Notes: generated by a model from the letters alone, not told the origin. Positions 48,668-60,173 are shown, numbered from the stretch's first letter. The stretch is 64,000 nt of DNA from Candidatus Methanimicrococcus odontotermitis (GCA_031286065.1 JAITUZ010000040.1:3262-67261); one strand, 5' to 3'. Made by a program: numbers and translations.

Positions 48668-49042
48668 GTGTCAAAGCGTATCGGAGGAAGAATTACGGGA
48701 GAATATAAACAAGTTATTGTCATGCGGACGGATTTGAAATTGTCGCCGGGAAAGCTGGCGGTTCAAGTCGCGCACGGCGCGGTGTCGGCAGCGGACTGGG
48801 CGGACAAAAGAGATTTGGATGCCTGGAAAGACGGCGGACAGAAAAAAGTCGTTCTCAAGGCGGCCAATCTTCAGGAACTGTTCGAGCTGAAAGAAAAAGC
48901 GCGTCGGGAAGGACTGCCGACGGCATTGATTACAGATGCGGGGCGAACGGAAATCGCGCCCGGAACGATTACGGTTCTCGGCATCGGTCCGGCCCAAGAA
49001 GAGAAAATTGATAAAATTACAGGGCATTTAAAGATGCTTTAA
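48668..49042 (+). CDS. pth2: peptidyl-tRNA hydrolase Pth2 (start uncertain)
   Basis: [37 protein letters not shown]. Confidence 0.93.
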   Translation: MSKRIGGRITGEYKQVIVMRTDLKLSPGKLAVQVAHGAVSAADWADKRDLDAWKDGGQKKVVLKAANLQELFELKEKARREGLPTALITDAGRTEIAPGTITVLGIGPAQEEKIDKITGHLKML

Positions 49043-49060
49043 TGCCGTTTTAAATTACAG

Positions 49061-50410
49061 ATGATTATGACAGCGATTCAAGTGCATGATTTGGAAAAAG
49101 AAATCGGCATCGATCTTTATTCTACAACGACAGCCGGCGTAAACGGTATTCTCAGATATCGGCCGGCCGATTTCCTTGTCAGGGAAATTTCCAATTATCC
49201 TTATGAAGAAAATGATGTGATTGATAAAAACAGCAAATATTTGATGACGGAAGTGACAAAAGAGAATTGGGACACCAACCATTTTTTAAAAGCCTATTCA
49301 AGCGCGCTTGGAATCAGTCATAAACGCATTTCTTACGCGGGGACAAAAGACAAAAAAGCGGTCACGGTCCAGAAGATGAGTCTTTATGATGTCACAAAAG
49401 AACAGGCGGAAAATGTTCATTTGAAAGACATTTCTGTCCGCGTCCTGGGGCGCTCTCAGCAGCCCATCGGCCTCGGCGACCTGGAAGGCAATCATTTTCA
49501 AATTGTGATTCGAAACATCGGACTTCCGGAAACGGAAGCAAAAACGGCCGCCGAAAATACGACGGCGGAAATTTTAAAAGCCGGCGGCGTTCCGAATTTC
49601 TTCGGCATTCAAAGATTCGGCGCCCGAAGACCGGTGACGCATCATGTCGGCGCCGACCTTTTAGCAGGCGATTTGGAAAAAGCTGTCATGCGCTATGTTT
49701 CTGAAGTTTATCCGGATGAGCCGGATGACACAAAAGAGGTTCGCCGCTACATCTCGGAAACCGGAGATTTAAAAAGCGGCGTTTTGAAATTCCCGAATTA
49801 TTTGGGACATGAAAAAGCGCTTCTCAATCATCTGATTGCCCGCCCCGGCGATTTCAAAGGCGCGTTCATGATTCTTCCAAAGAATTTGTACACGATGTTT
49901 ATTCACGCGTATCAATCTTGTCTTTTTAACCGCATTATTTGTGAACGGTTGAAAAACGGCTTTTTTTTGAATCAGGCCGTTGCCGGTGATATCGTTTGTT
50001 ACCGCGCTAAAGACAAAACGCCTGATCCGAGCCGTTTGGAAAAAGTCGATGAAAACAATATTGACGGCATCAATGGTCTTTTAAAACGCAGGCGCGCTTT
50101 TATTACGGCGCCTCTTTTCGGCTCGGAAACGCCGCTCGCCGAAGGGCTTCCCGGTGAAATCGAGCGAAAGCTGATAGAAGAAACCGGATTTAAGCCCGAA
50201 GATTTTAAAATGCCGGCATTTCCGGAAATCGCCTCCCGCGGCCTTCGAAAAGAAATTTTGCTGGAGGTTGAGCCGCGCGTTGAAGTTGCCGAAGACGATT
50301 TGATTGCCGGAAAAACGAAACTGACTTTGGAATTCAAACTGCCGAAAGGAAGTTACGCGACAACCGTTCTTCGGGAATATATGAAAACCGACCCGCTGCA
50401 TATGAGCTGA
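49061..50410 (+). CDS. truD: tRNA pseudouridine(13) synthase
   Basis: AGTKDKKA, GNHF, PNFFGIQRFG, LPKGSYAT. Confidence 0.96.
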   Translation: MIMTAIQVHDLEKEIGIDLYSTTTAGVNGILRYRPADFLVREISNYPYEENDVIDKNSKYLMTEVTKENWDTNHFLKAYSSALGISHKRISYAGTKDKKAVTVQKMSLYDVTKEQAENVHLKDISVRVLGRSQQPIGLGDLEGNHFQIVIRNIGLPETEAKTAAENTTAEILKAGGVPNFFGIQRFGARRPVTHHVGADLLAGDLEKAVMRYVSEVYPDEPDDTKEVRRYISETGDLKSGVLKFPNYLGHEKALLNHLIARPGDFKGAFMILPKNLYTMFIHAYQSCLFNRIICERLKNGFFLNQAVAGDIVCYRAKDKTPDPSRLEKVDENNIDGINGLLKRRRAFITAPLFGSETPLAEGLPGEIERKLIEETGFKPEDFKMPAFPEIASRGLRKEILLEVEPRVEVAEDDLIAGKTKLTLEFKLPKGSYATTVLREYMKTDPLHMS

Positions 50411-50520
50411 TTCTTCCGCGGAAAAAGTGTTTTAAAAAGCGGCAGAAACCTCTTTTTTTTGTTCTGCTTTTTCAGTTCTGCTTTTTCAGTTCTGCTTTTT
50501 CTGTTTTTCTGTTTTATTGT

Positions 50521-51090
50521 TTAATATCTTTCATACAATATACTGATGATATTGATGTTTCCGGATTCGCCGATTTGAATCACATAATATATGTTATTAA
50601 TTGATTTTCCGGTCTCTTCAACGATATAATTGAAATTCATAATCACTTGTCCGGATTTATCGCCGGTCTCAAGAATCCAGACATGCAGATTGGGCGAGCC
50701 TTCAGCATCCTTCTCTTCCGGAACAATAACTCTATCCGTTGTCAGCGTCAGAAGATTTCTCGGCGCAGTCGTCATTTCCCATTTATCACCGTCGGGAGCT
50801 TCATCAAAAACAAACATAATGGACTGCCTGTCGTCTGAAATTTTCGTTTGCTTTCTCAAATAAGACAAACCGTTTTCCGGAACGGAGGATGAATTGTTGA
50901 TCGGCGTTATCGGGGTGCCGAAGTCTTCGATTATAGCTGATAAATCAGACATATTTTTTGTTTCATTGTCAAGCGTTGTGTTGTTTTTATTATCGGGTGT
51001 TGTGTTGTTTCCGCTGTCCACGCATCCTGCAACGGCAACTGCCAAAGCAAAACAGATAAAAACGAATATCCATATTGATTTTTTCATCAT
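50521..51090 (-). CDS. lipoprotein with a chagasin (I42)-like domain, paralog 1
   Basis: AGC lipobox; similar to 51528-52139. Confidence 0.65.
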   Translation of the reverse strand: MMKKSIWIFVFICFALAVAVAGCVDSGNNTTPDNKNNTTLDNETKNMSDLSAIIEDFGTPITPINNSSSVPENGLSYLRKQTKISDDRQSIMFVFDEAPDGDKWEMTTAPRNLLTLTTDRVIVPEEKDAEGSPNLHVWILETGDKSGQVIMNFNYIVEETGKSINNIYYVIQIGESGNINIISILYERY

Positions 51091-51527
51091 GCCTTCCTCT
51101 TTCTTACCATGAAAATAAATTAAAACGAATTAAAAACTATGCATCTTTGTATATATATTATTCCACTTATAATTAATTCCGCTCTCCGTTAATCAATAAT
51201 TTGATTTATTCCGATTCATTTATCCGATTCATTTATCCGATTCATTTAATTCATCTCATTCATCTGATCCATTCATCAAGTTCATTCATTTCATTTTGAT
51301 AAATAAACAAAAAAAATGGAGAAAGCCATTGAAAGTTTGCAAATGTTTCTAAAAGAGATGAAATAAAAATGATAATATTTGATAACGGAGACGGGAAAAA
51401 TAACGGAAAATAAACGAAAAAAGGAAAACGGGAAAAATAACGGAAAATTAAAAAGAACAATATTTAAAAAAACGGTTTGAAAAGCGGCAGGGTCCCGCTT
51501 TTCATTTTATTATCCGTTAAATAGTGT

Positions 51528-52139
51528 TCATACAATAAATTGCTGATATCTGTTGGTGATGCTGATATTTCCGTTCTCATTAATTCGGATCACGTAATAT
51601 ATCGTATTAATTATTTTATCTGTATCTCCGGTGACATACTTGTAGTTCATGACCATGGTTCCAGACTCTTCGCCGGTTTCAAGGACCCAAACGTGAAGAT
51701 TAAGGGAACTCTCAGTCTCTCCCTCTTCGGGAACAATAATTCGATCTGTTGTCAGCGTCAGAAGATTTTTCGGCTCCATCGTCAGTTCCCATCTGTCGCC
51801 GTTGGCCGCCTCATCGAAAACAAACATGATCGATTGCCTGTCATCTGAAATTTCCATTTGATTTCTTAAATTCGTCAAACTGCTTCTCGGTATGGAAGGA
51901 GAACTGTCGACCGGCACAATCAGGAGCTCATCCGCTAAATTAGATATGTGGTTGAGTTCATCCTCAAGTGCCGTGTTATTGGTTCCGTTTCCGGGTGCCG
52001 TGTCATTGCTTCCGTTGCCGGGTGTCGTGTTATTGTTTCCGTTGTCCGGTGTCGTGCCGGCGTTGTCTATGCATCCCACGGCGGCAACTGCCAAAGCGAC
52101 GCAGATAAAAACGAACACCCATGCCGATTTTTTCATCAT
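51528..52139 (-). CDS. lipoprotein with a chagasin (I42)-like domain, paralog 2
   Basis: VGC lipobox, N-x-T-rich linker; shared ISDDRQSIMFVFDEA, NLLTLTTDR, NLHVW. Confidence 0.65.
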   Translation of the reverse strand: MMKKSAWVFVFICVALAVAAVGCIDNAGTTPDNGNNNTTPGNGSNDTAPGNGTNNTALEDELNHISNLADELLIVPVDSSPSIPRSSLTNLRNQMEISDDRQSIMFVFDEAANGDRWELTMEPKNLLTLTTDRIIVPEEGETESSLNLHVWVLETGEESGTMVMNYKYVTGDTDKIINTIYYVIRINENGNISITNRYQQFIV

Positions 52140-52434
52140 ACTTTTCTCTTCCCTTCTTATCCCGAAACTGAATTTAAACTGTGAATTTATTATTTGTGTT
52201 TTATATATATTAGACTTTCTATAATCCTTGTAGTATTAATTCCCAATTAATTAACTCTTTGATTAATTTCGACCTTTCATTTCAATGAATTCAAAAAACA
52301 TTTTTAAAAACAGCAGGCGTCAAAGATATAAATTAAGGCGCGGGAACGGTAAAAAATAGTAAGAAATCGTATACAGAATACGGATTTTTCAGCCAGAATC
52401 ATTCCGGCTGTATTTTTTCCGCCTTCTTTAAAAT

Positions 52435-53904
52435 TTAATACATTTTAGAAACGCGGATAATCTGATCGGCTTCATTTCCGCATCCGGCGCATTGTCCCTT
52501 TTTAACTTCCGCCGGCCGGTCCGGCGTTCCGAGAATGCTGCCGCCTGTTTCCTCTTCGATTTTCATGCCGCATTCTTTACAGCCGCACCATGAGAGCACA
52601 GCAACACCTTTGCCGAGTTGCGTTTTGACTTCTTCCGCCGTTTCGCACGGCGCAATCATCGCCTTCATCTTTTCCTCGGCAGCTGCGTAAAGGTCGTCAG
52701 CCATTTGTTTCAATTCAGCGTTCACCGTTTCAAGAATCGTATCTAATGAGACGAATTGTTTTTCGCCTTTGTCCCTTCTGACCAAAACAGCCGATTTTTT
52801 TTCCAAATCGCGCGGACCGATTTCAATTCGGAGACAGCTGCCTTTCAATTCCCATTTGTAATATTTGGCGCCGGGGCGCATGTCGCCGGCATCCATTTCA
52901 ACCCGGATTCCGGCTTTTTTGAGAGTTTTGACAACATTCTCACAAGCGGTCATGACGCTTTCCGCTGTTTCTTTAAACAGGACGGGGATGACGACCGCCT
53001 GAACCGGCGCGACAGCCGGCGGCAGCACCAGTCCTTTGTCATCGCCGTGGACGGAAATCAGCGACGCGATAGAACGCTCGGAAATTCCGTAACAGGTCTG
53101 ATTGGCGTATTCCTGCTCACCCGCCGCATTCTCGTACATGATGCCGTACGTTTTGGCGAAGTTGGTTCCGAGATGGTGAACCGTTCCGATTTGAAGCGTT
53201 TTGCCGTCAGGCATGATCGTGTCAAGAGCGATTGTGTAATCGCCGCCGGGGAATTTGTCCCAGTCCGGTCGTTTTGAAATTAAAACGGGGACAGAAAGCT
53301 TTCTGTAAATATCGGCGTACAGGCCGACAGCTTCATCCACCTGATTTTTCGCGTCCTCCCAAGTCGCGTGAACGGTATGTGCTTCTTTGAAAGACGTGAT
53401 TTCACGCAGGCGGATCAGAGGCCGAGTGTGTTTTGTTTCATGGCGGAAAGTGTTGACGACTTGATACAGTTTCAGCGGGAGGTCGGCGTGAGAGCGGATC
53501 CAAAGCTGATACATCGGATAAATCGCGGTCTCGCTGGTCGGGCGCAGCGCCAAACGCACATCTAAAGGCGTTACGCCGCCATGCGTCACCCAAAAGACTT
53601 CATCTTCAAACCCTTTGATGTGGTCGGCTTCTTTCATGAACTCTGTTTCCGGAATCAACAGCGGAAACAGTGTTTCTTCGTGACCGGAATTGTCCATTAC
53701 GTCGCGGATGATGCCGTAAACGCGTTTCCGAATGCCGAATCCGAACGGATGCCAAACGTAAAGGCCCTTGACAGGGTAGCGGACATCCATGATTTGCCCA
53801 ATGTCTAAAATTGAATTGAACCATTCGCTGAAGTCTGATTTGAGAGGTAAAACCGCTTCTTTTCCGGCGTCATTCTTGCCGTTCTCTTTTTTATTTTCTG
53901 TCAT
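52435..53904 (-). CDS. proS: proline--tRNA ligase (archaeal/eukaryotic type)
   Basis: [31 protein letters not shown]-terminal Zn site. Confidence 0.97.
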   Translation of the reverse strand: MTENKKENGKNDAGKEAVLPLKSDFSEWFNSILDIGQIMDVRYPVKGLYVWHPFGFGIRKRVYGIIRDVMDNSGHEETLFPLLIPETEFMKEADHIKGFEDEVFWVTHGGVTPLDVRLALRPTSETAIYPMYQLWIRSHADLPLKLYQVVNTFRHETKHTRPLIRLREITSFKEAHTVHATWEDAKNQVDEAVGLYADIYRKLSVPVLISKRPDWDKFPGGDYTIALDTIMPDGKTLQIGTVHHLGTNFAKTYGIMYENAAGEQEYANQTCYGISERSIASLISVHGDDKGLVLPPAVAPVQAVVIPVLFKETAESVMTACENVVKTLKKAGIRVEMDAGDMRPGAKYYKWELKGSCLRIEIGPRDLEKKSAVLVRRDKGEKQFVSLDTILETVNAELKQMADDLYAAAEEKMKAMIAPCETAEEVKTQLGKGVAVLSWCGCKECGMKIEEETGGSILGTPDRPAEVKKGQCAGCGNEADQIIRVSKMY

Positions 53905-53931
53905 AAAGTCACCCGAATATTATATGATAAA

Positions 53932-54234
53932 TTAGATTTCAAAATCAATAGCCGCTCTGGTTTCAGCAGTTTTTTTCACATAGGCGGCAACTTCTTCATG
54001 AAGCGGATTTTTCTGATAAGCGTACATCGCGTCTTCTGATTCGAATTCGGCAATCAGCGCCGCGTCATAATTTCCTTCGATATCGAGTGTGTTTTCACGA
54101 ACTTGAATGCTTTTAATTTCCGGAATTTTGCAAAAAAGCCCTTCCAGCTTTTCTTTGATCAAAACGGCGTTTTCCCGCGCGGTTTTCCCTTCCGCTTCCG
54201 GCTTCAGTTTCCATAAGACGATATGTTTAATCAT
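53932..54234 (-). CDS. Dabb family (stress-responsive alpha/beta barrel) protein
   Basis: MIKHIVLWKLK, KIPEI, YQKNPLH, IDF. Confidence 0.88.
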   Translation of the reverse strand: MIKHIVLWKLKPEAEGKTARENAVLIKEKLEGLFCKIPEIKSIQVRENTLDIEGNYDAALIAEFESEDAMYAYQKNPLHEEVAAYVKKTAETRAAIDFEI

Positions 54235-54307
54235 GTTTGGACAAAACAGTTTTTTGGTATATAAAAGATGTTTTCATTAAATTTCAGCGGCCGAGGATTT
54301 CGGCCCT

Positions 54308-55735
54308 TTATTCTTTTCGAATGGCCGGCCCTCTCAAATAAGATAAAACCGCGCCGGCCAAACACAAAACAATGCCGGAATAAAAAGTCATTTTCATAGA
54401 ATAAAGGAACAACGGCACTGTTTCTGCTTGAATCATTTCCGTGCTTCCGAGGAAAACGGAAATGACGCACATGGCGATTGCCATTGACAAAACCATTCCG
54501 GATTGGCGCATCACGGACAAGGAAGCGCTTGCGCTGCTGTAATCTCTGCGGCTGACACATCCCATAATCGCGGATGTGTTCGGAGAAGCGAAAAACGCGA
54601 AACCGACACCGATAATGATTTGATAGACGATCAAATGCCAAATTTCGGATTCGGCTGAGAGTGTTGACAAACAAAGAAGGCCGATTGCAAGAAGCACCAT
54701 CCCGAACGTGGAAAGATAGCGGCTGTCCATTCTGTCAGAAAGTTTGCCGACGTACGGGGAAAAAATGGCCTGAAGCAACGGCTGCGCCAAGAGAATCAAT
54801 CCCGCGTTTCCGGCTGACAAATGAAGAATACGCTGTAAATATAAACTGAGGAAAAAAACAATGGCGTATGTTCCGGCATAATTTAAAAAGGCGGCAAAAT
54901 TTGAGCGGGAGAAATGCTTGTTTTGAAAGAAAAGCCGGATCTGCATAATCGGATACGCTTGTCTCTTGGTGTAATATATGAAAACAGGAAGCATCACAAG
55001 TCCAAGAGCGAGGGAGATGAATGCCCGTGTTTCCGGCAGATTGATGAGCCCGAGGAGAATGAATAAAATCGTAATCATATAAAGCAGCGCGCCTTTCATA
55101 TCAAAAGGTTCGCCTTTGCCTTCTATGAAGTCGATTTTTAATGCGCGGTAAACCAACAGAGTGGCGGCGGCAGCCAGCGGGAGCAGAAGCAAAAAGAGGC
55201 TGCGCCATCCGAATGTCTGTGTCATGATGCCGCCGACGACAGGCCCGAGCGATGAACCGATGTAAATGACAGCGACATTGATTCCGAAAATAGCGCCGCG
55301 CCGGGATGCCGGATAAACTGAACTGAGTATCGGAAGAGATGTTCCAAAAATGCACGCCATCGCAATGCCGTCTACAACTCTGAGAAAGATGAATACTTCA
55401 AAATTCATCGAAAACAGCTGAAGCGCGGTCGAACAGGTAGTGATGCACATTCCGATCAAAAATATTTTTTTCCGCCCGATCAGATCTGAAATCCGCGCCA
55501 CCGGCACTAAAAACAGAACGGATGAGAAGAGGTAGGCGGTTGACACCCAGCCCAGCGCGTGCGTGCTGACATCAAAAGTCAATCCGATTTCAGGAAGGGA
55601 TAAATTCAGCATGGACGCGCCAAAAGGCGTCATGAAAGAAGCGAGAGAAATACCGATGAGCACCCAATATCTTTGTTTAGGTGTGAGCGATGTTGTTTTG
55701 CCGGATGTTTGCGGGGCCGAATCTGTCAATGACAT
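54308..55735 (-). CDS. MFS transporter (DHA2-like, 14 TM)
   Basis: ARISDLIGRKK, GPVVGG, WRSLF. Confidence 0.92.
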   Translation of the reverse strand: MSLTDSAPQTSGKTTSLTPKQRYWVLIGISLASFMTPFGASMLNLSLPEIGLTFDVSTHALGWVSTAYLFSSVLFLVPVARISDLIGRKKIFLIGMCITTCSTALQLFSMNFEVFIFLRVVDGIAMACIFGTSLPILSSVYPASRRGAIFGINVAVIYIGSSLGPVVGGIMTQTFGWRSLFLLLLPLAAAATLLVYRALKIDFIEGKGEPFDMKGALLYMITILFILLGLINLPETRAFISLALGLVMLPVFIYYTKRQAYPIMQIRLFFQNKHFSRSNFAAFLNYAGTYAIVFFLSLYLQRILHLSAGNAGLILLAQPLLQAIFSPYVGKLSDRMDSRYLSTFGMVLLAIGLLCLSTLSAESEIWHLIVYQIIIGVGFAFFASPNTSAIMGCVSRRDYSSASASLSVMRQSGMVLSMAIAMCVISVFLGSTEMIQAETVPLFLYSMKMTFYSGIVLCLAGAVLSYLRGPAIRKE

Positions 55736-55792
55736 TCTGAATCAAGACCTGAAAAGTCAAATAAAAAAAGAGGAAAATTTATTCCTCCAAAA

Positions 55793-56617
55793 TCAGTTCC
55801 CCTTCGTTCTTTTCAAAAACATCGAAAGGAGAAGAACGATAAAAATAACGAAACCGAATGTGAGCAGTGCTAAAATAACCGTTGGATCAAAACTGAAAAT
55901 GGAGTTGATCTCTGTCGTTTGTATGTAATAAAACATCGCGATCAAAATCAAAATCAGCAGAATTGAAACCGCGGCTGAGATTTTTTCGGCTGCTGAAAGC
56001 GGCGCGATTGTTTTGGCCGGCCTGTATTTGTCGGAACGGGAAGCGCGCCAAGCTTTGTTTGATTTTTTCTCGGTTCGGTCCTTTTTCACGGAAAACGACG
56101 GTTTTTTCTTTTCGGGCGCCGTTTCATCTTCATCCGCTTTAATAAACGGCACGCGGTTTGAGGACGACTGAATCGGCATTCCTTCCGATCTGTAAATATC
56201 GCCGATCGAATCATTTGCGGCGTGCTCTTCCGTAAAATCGCCGGATTTGGAAATCATTGAAGCGCGGACTTTGTCGGAGCCGACGGAAAATCTGAAACCT
56301 TTCTTTTGGGCGCCGTAGCCTGTTATGACATAAAACATGCCTTCTGCCGTCGGCTTCGCGTTGTACGGAATTCGGACGACGATGCGCACGTATTCGTTGT
56401 TTTGAATATGATGTTTGCTCGGAACCAGAATCAAATAATTCCGAATGGATTCATCCGGAAGAAAAGTGATATGTGTCGGCGCGGCAAAATTTTTGATGAA
56501 AATTTGAAACTCGCGGTCTTCGCCTTTGTAAAGCGGAATTTCAATTTCGTTGTATTTGAACTCGATCGAGTCTAAAGATTGGCGCCCGATATAGATATCT
56601 TGAAGTACTTCTTTCAT
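55793..56617 (-). CDS. conserved archaeal hypothetical protein with C-terminal TMs
   Basis: VITGYGAQK motif; two C-terminal hydrophobic helices. Confidence 0.7.
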   Translation of the reverse strand: MKEVLQDIYIGRQSLDSIEFKYNEIEIPLYKGEDREFQIFIKNFAAPTHITFLPDESIRNYLILVPSKHHIQNNEYVRIVVRIPYNAKPTAEGMFYVITGYGAQKKGFRFSVGSDKVRASMISKSGDFTEEHAANDSIGDIYRSEGMPIQSSSNRVPFIKADEDETAPEKKKPSFSVKKDRTEKKSNKAWRASRSDKYRPAKTIAPLSAAEKISAAVSILLILILIAMFYYIQTTEINSIFSFDPTVILALLTFGFVIFIVLLLSMFLKRTKGN

Positions 56618-56737
56618 TGATTTCTCTCTCCGAATCGGATGAATGTGTTATAACTTAAAACGGTTGATGAATTCTGTTATATTTTATGGGTTAATAAAAT
56701 TATTCATCATGTTTCTTTTTTTTGAAAGCGTCATTTT

Positions 56738-58468
56738 TCAGCTCAGCTTTTTACGGACCGTTTCATAGAAACAAGCGTCGGAAAACTTCACGAATCTTCC
56801 CGGATAACGCGCGCGCTTGATTGTGATGATGTCATTTTCATTCATGTAAAGGAAATCTTCCCGGCGCTCGGTTTCAATTTCCGGCGGCGTGACAACTTTT
56901 CCGTCCGTTACGACAACGATTTCTTTGTTCGGCATTTTGACGCGGACAGTGATGTCGCTGTCAAAAGGAACAACCCACGGGCGCGATGAGATTTTGAAGG
57001 GCGCGATCGGGATAATCAAAATCGCGTCAACTTCGGGCGTGATAATCGGGCCGCCCGCGCTCATCGCGTAAGCGGTCGAACCTGTCGGCGTCGCAAAAAC
57101 AATTCCGTCCGCTCGAATTTCTCCAAGCAGGCGGCGGTTGACCCAAATTTCATAAGTAATCATTTTGGCCGGATAAGCGGATGTCGCGACAACTTCATTG
57201 ATTGCGTTCCCGATAAATTTGCCGTTAATCGACAGTTCCAGGCGCGGGCGTTCGTCATACATAAAACCCGCGAGGGCCGATTCAATTGACCGGAGCGCGT
57301 CGTCCGGGTCAACATCCGCCAAAAATCCGAGCGTTCCCATATTGATTCCAAGAACCGGTATCGGATCTGCCATTTTTGACATATTCCTCAGAATCGTTCC
57401 GTCGCCGCCAAGAGAGATGACAAAGTCGACGCCCGCCTCTTTCATTTTAGAGACTGAAATGCCGCGCTCCTCCATGTTCAAATACTTCGCGGGCGAGGAA
57501 GAAAGATAAATCTCAATGCGGTCTTTGAAAGCGTCAATGATTTGCCGGATCATGTCAAGCGCCGCGGCGCTGTCGCAGCGGGAAACAACAGCGATTTTTT
57601 TGACGGTCCCTTGATAATAGTACCAATCGCCGCGGCAATCGATTTCCGGAAAAGTGATCAGGTTCAGGATTTCCTGATGAATCACGCCGTTTGAAGCCGC
57701 TAAATTCACAGGCTTGATGTGATTGTCGGGCAAAAAAACTGTATTGCCGGTGCCGTCTGTTACAATGCCGCCCGCTTCTCTGACGATGAGCTGGCCGGCG
57801 CCGATGTCAATTAATCGAAGTGTGCGGCGGACATCAATAAACGCGTCGATTTTGCCGGCCGCAACGTAACACAGCTCAAGCGCGACGCTGCCGAAAACAC
57901 GCACTTTTTGGACGCGGGAGCAGAGTTTGGCTGTCCTGTCCTTATTTTGGCGGTAACCGTAAGCGCTGATGGTCAGTTCGCGAACGGATGACGTTTTAGA
58001 AGCCGTTATTTTTTTGCCGTTCATATACGCGCCTTTTCCGGCTTCAGCATAAAATTCGTCACCGTTGGCCAGATTGCGCACATAGCCGAAATAAATGCCG
58101 ATAAGATCGGGTTTTGAAAACGCGATCGAAATGCCGTAAAACGGAATATCGTGAATGGCGTTCGTTGTTCCATCCAGCGGGTCAACGATTACGGCGAATT
58201 CGATATTTTCGGCGTCACCGACAATTGTTTCACCGAATTCTTCGCTGATGATGCGAATCGAGCGGCCGGATTCTTTGAAGCGCTTGATCATAGCCTCTTC
58301 GGCCGCCAGATCAATACGTTTTGTATCGGTTCCGTCGGCGCCGATGAACATGAACTCTCCGGCTTCATTCGTGCCTTCCAAAAAAGAAATCGCGGCGCGG
58401 ATATCCGTGTAGACGGCGCGGCACAGCTCCAATAATTCGAAATTTTGTGAAGACTGATTTTCAGACAT
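56738..58468 (-). CDS. bifunctional NADP phosphatase (IMPase-like) / NAD kinase
   Basis: SEE, DPLDGTTN, DIGAG in the N-half; GGDGT, NE, TPTGSTAY in the C-half. Confidence 0.93.
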   Translation of the reverse strand: MSENQSSQNFELLELCRAVYTDIRAAISFLEGTNEAGEFMFIGADGTDTKRIDLAAEEAMIKRFKESGRSIRIISEEFGETIVGDAENIEFAVIVDPLDGTTNAIHDIPFYGISIAFSKPDLIGIYFGYVRNLANGDEFYAEAGKGAYMNGKKITASKTSSVRELTISAYGYRQNKDRTAKLCSRVQKVRVFGSVALELCYVAAGKIDAFIDVRRTLRLIDIGAGQLIVREAGGIVTDGTGNTVFLPDNHIKPVNLAASNGVIHQEILNLITFPEIDCRGDWYYYQGTVKKIAVVSRCDSAAALDMIRQIIDAFKDRIEIYLSSSPAKYLNMEERGISVSKMKEAGVDFVISLGGDGTILRNMSKMADPIPVLGINMGTLGFLADVDPDDALRSIESALAGFMYDERPRLELSINGKFIGNAINEVVATSAYPAKMITYEIWVNRRLLGEIRADGIVFATPTGSTAYAMSAGGPIITPEVDAILIIPIAPFKISSRPWVVPFDSDITVRVKMPNKEIVVVTDGKVVTPPEIETERREDFLYMNENDIITIKRARYPGRFVKFSDACFYETVRKKLS

Positions 58469-58487
58469 AACCCAAACTCCGGCGCAA

Positions 58488-59447
58488 TTAATGATTTACG
58501 GGGGAAAACTCATCGTCTTTTGGTTTATACCGCTCTTCCAAACGGCCCATCCATAAACCGAGAAGGATTCCGAGGAAACAGACAATTAAACAGTATAAGC
58601 CGCCCATACTTAAATAATTGTAATTCAGAGGAATGATCATGAGCGTGGACGCGAAAACGGATCCTAAAATAAAATGGAAAAGAGCCGCGTAAGACCGCTT
58701 AAAAATGAGATTCATGATTTTTGATAACCCGAAAAGCACTAGCGCAAAACCAAGCCCCAAAGGAATGATGACCGCTAAATCCAAAGTTTTAATTCCTTCT
58801 GTCATCGGTTTGTATAAATCCAAATAAACCAGGAAATTGGAAGGGCTCAAACCGGGAACAACGCCGCCCAGTCCGACAAGGGCGCCCGCTAAAATCCATG
58901 TGAAGAAATTCAAAGGCAGCGCGCCGGAAATGACAGAATCTCCCGCGAACAATATGAAAAAGATAAGCAGCGCGGCGCCAATCGTAATGAGGATGTGAAT
59001 CGGTTTTCGGCCTTTTTTTCCGGCTTCTTTGATTAAAGCCGGAATCGTTCCGACAATGCAGCCGATGAAAAACCATATGATTTGGACTTCCGCTTTTTCA
59101 AAAAAGAAACTGATGGCAAACGAGAGAAGAAAAATGCCGAAAACGCAGCCCAACCCAATCGGCGTGAAAAAAATCACATTTTCTTTGAAATTTTTCCGAA
59201 TATCCGACAAAAACGAAATCATGCGCTCATATATACCGAAAACGGCGGCTAAGGCGCCGCCGCTGACGCCGGGCAAAATCGCGCCCGATCCGATAAACAT
59301 CCCCTTAACGAACAGAAAAAACCAATGGATCAGCTGATTCTTTTTCACTCTCTTAACCTTTTGAAATTTTACCGTGTTCACCCGCGGCGAGCATACTCTG
59401 AAATAAGTAATGAATAAAATAATGAAATAAATCATGAAACGAATCAT
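58488..59447 (-). CDS. DUF368 family membrane protein (start probably internal)
   Basis: LPGVSGGALA, VPGLSPS. Confidence 0.85.
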   Translation of the reverse strand: MIRFMIYFIILFITYFRVCSPRVNTVKFQKVKRVKKNQLIHWFFLFVKGMFIGSGAILPGVSGGALAAVFGIYERMISFLSDIRKNFKENVIFFTPIGLGCVFGIFLLSFAISFFFEKAEVQIIWFFIGCIVGTIPALIKEAGKKGRKPIHILITIGAALLIFFILFAGDSVISGALPLNFFTWILAGALVGLGGVVPGLSPSNFLVYLDLYKPMTEGIKTLDLAVIIPLGLGFALVLFGLSKIMNLIFKRSYAALFHFILGSVFASTLMIIPLNYNYLSMGGLYCLIVCFLGILLGLWMGRLEERYKPKDDEFSPVNH

Positions 59448-59599
59448 GATATTTACGAAATAAGTAATGAGATTAATGATGAAATTAACGATGATATAAA
59501 TACTGAAATAATGACAGAATATATAAAACCTGCATTCAACAGAAAAAATACATCATCTCCAAAAATTTCTGTTAAAACGCGGGACATTTTTACTGTTTT

Positions 59600-59765
59600 T
59601 TGACCTGCGGCAACTCGCGCGCGGCGGTTTGCGCGCGGCGGCGCAGTCAGAAGGCGGCAAGGCGGCAGCAGAACCGGAATCGGCAAGGCAACCGTGCCCA
59701 CGTTCACGAAGTGAACGGCTGCCGTAAAAATAAGCAGATGCATATTGTGAATCAGATGCGCATGT
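59600..59765. repeat. GC-rich intergenic repeat element (copy 2, minus orientation)
   Basis: Reverse complement GCAGCCGTTCACTTCGTGAACGTGGGCACGG followed by GCCGCC-rich tract. Confidence 0.75.
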
Positions 59766-59867
59766 AATTAAAAAAACACACACGGCAAAAAAGACACAAA
59801 AAAAATGAACTTAAAAGATAAATATCTGAAACCGTTTATAAAAAGACATAAAATGAATAAGAAAAGC

Positions 59868-60173
59868 TCAGTTTTCTTTATTCATTTTGGCGCTGATTTC
59901 ATCAAGGATTTGATCATCGGTTTTGCCGGCGGTTTCAATTCCTTGTTCTTTGGCCATTTTCTGAATTTTAGATTCTTTCACTTCAGGCGTCGTGTCTTTC
60001 AAGCTCTTTTCAAATTCCTGATAAGAGACTTCCGCTTCTTTCTGCGCTTTCTTAAACTCGCCTGCGGATTTTCCTGCGGAGCGGGCTAATTCGGGAAGTT
60101 TGGATGCTCCGAAAAGAAGGACAATCACCGCGACAATCAAAATAATTTCAGTAGGGCCAAGTCCGCCAATCAT
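59868..60173 (-). CDS. tatA: twin-arginine translocase TatA/E
   Basis: GPTEIILI..LLFGASKLPELARSAG..GEFKK. Confidence 0.93.
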   Translation of the reverse strand: MIGGLGPTEIILIVAVIVLLFGASKLPELARSAGKSAGEFKKAQKEAEVSYQEFEKSLKDTTPEVKESKIQKMAKEQGIETAGKTDDQILDEISAKMNKEN

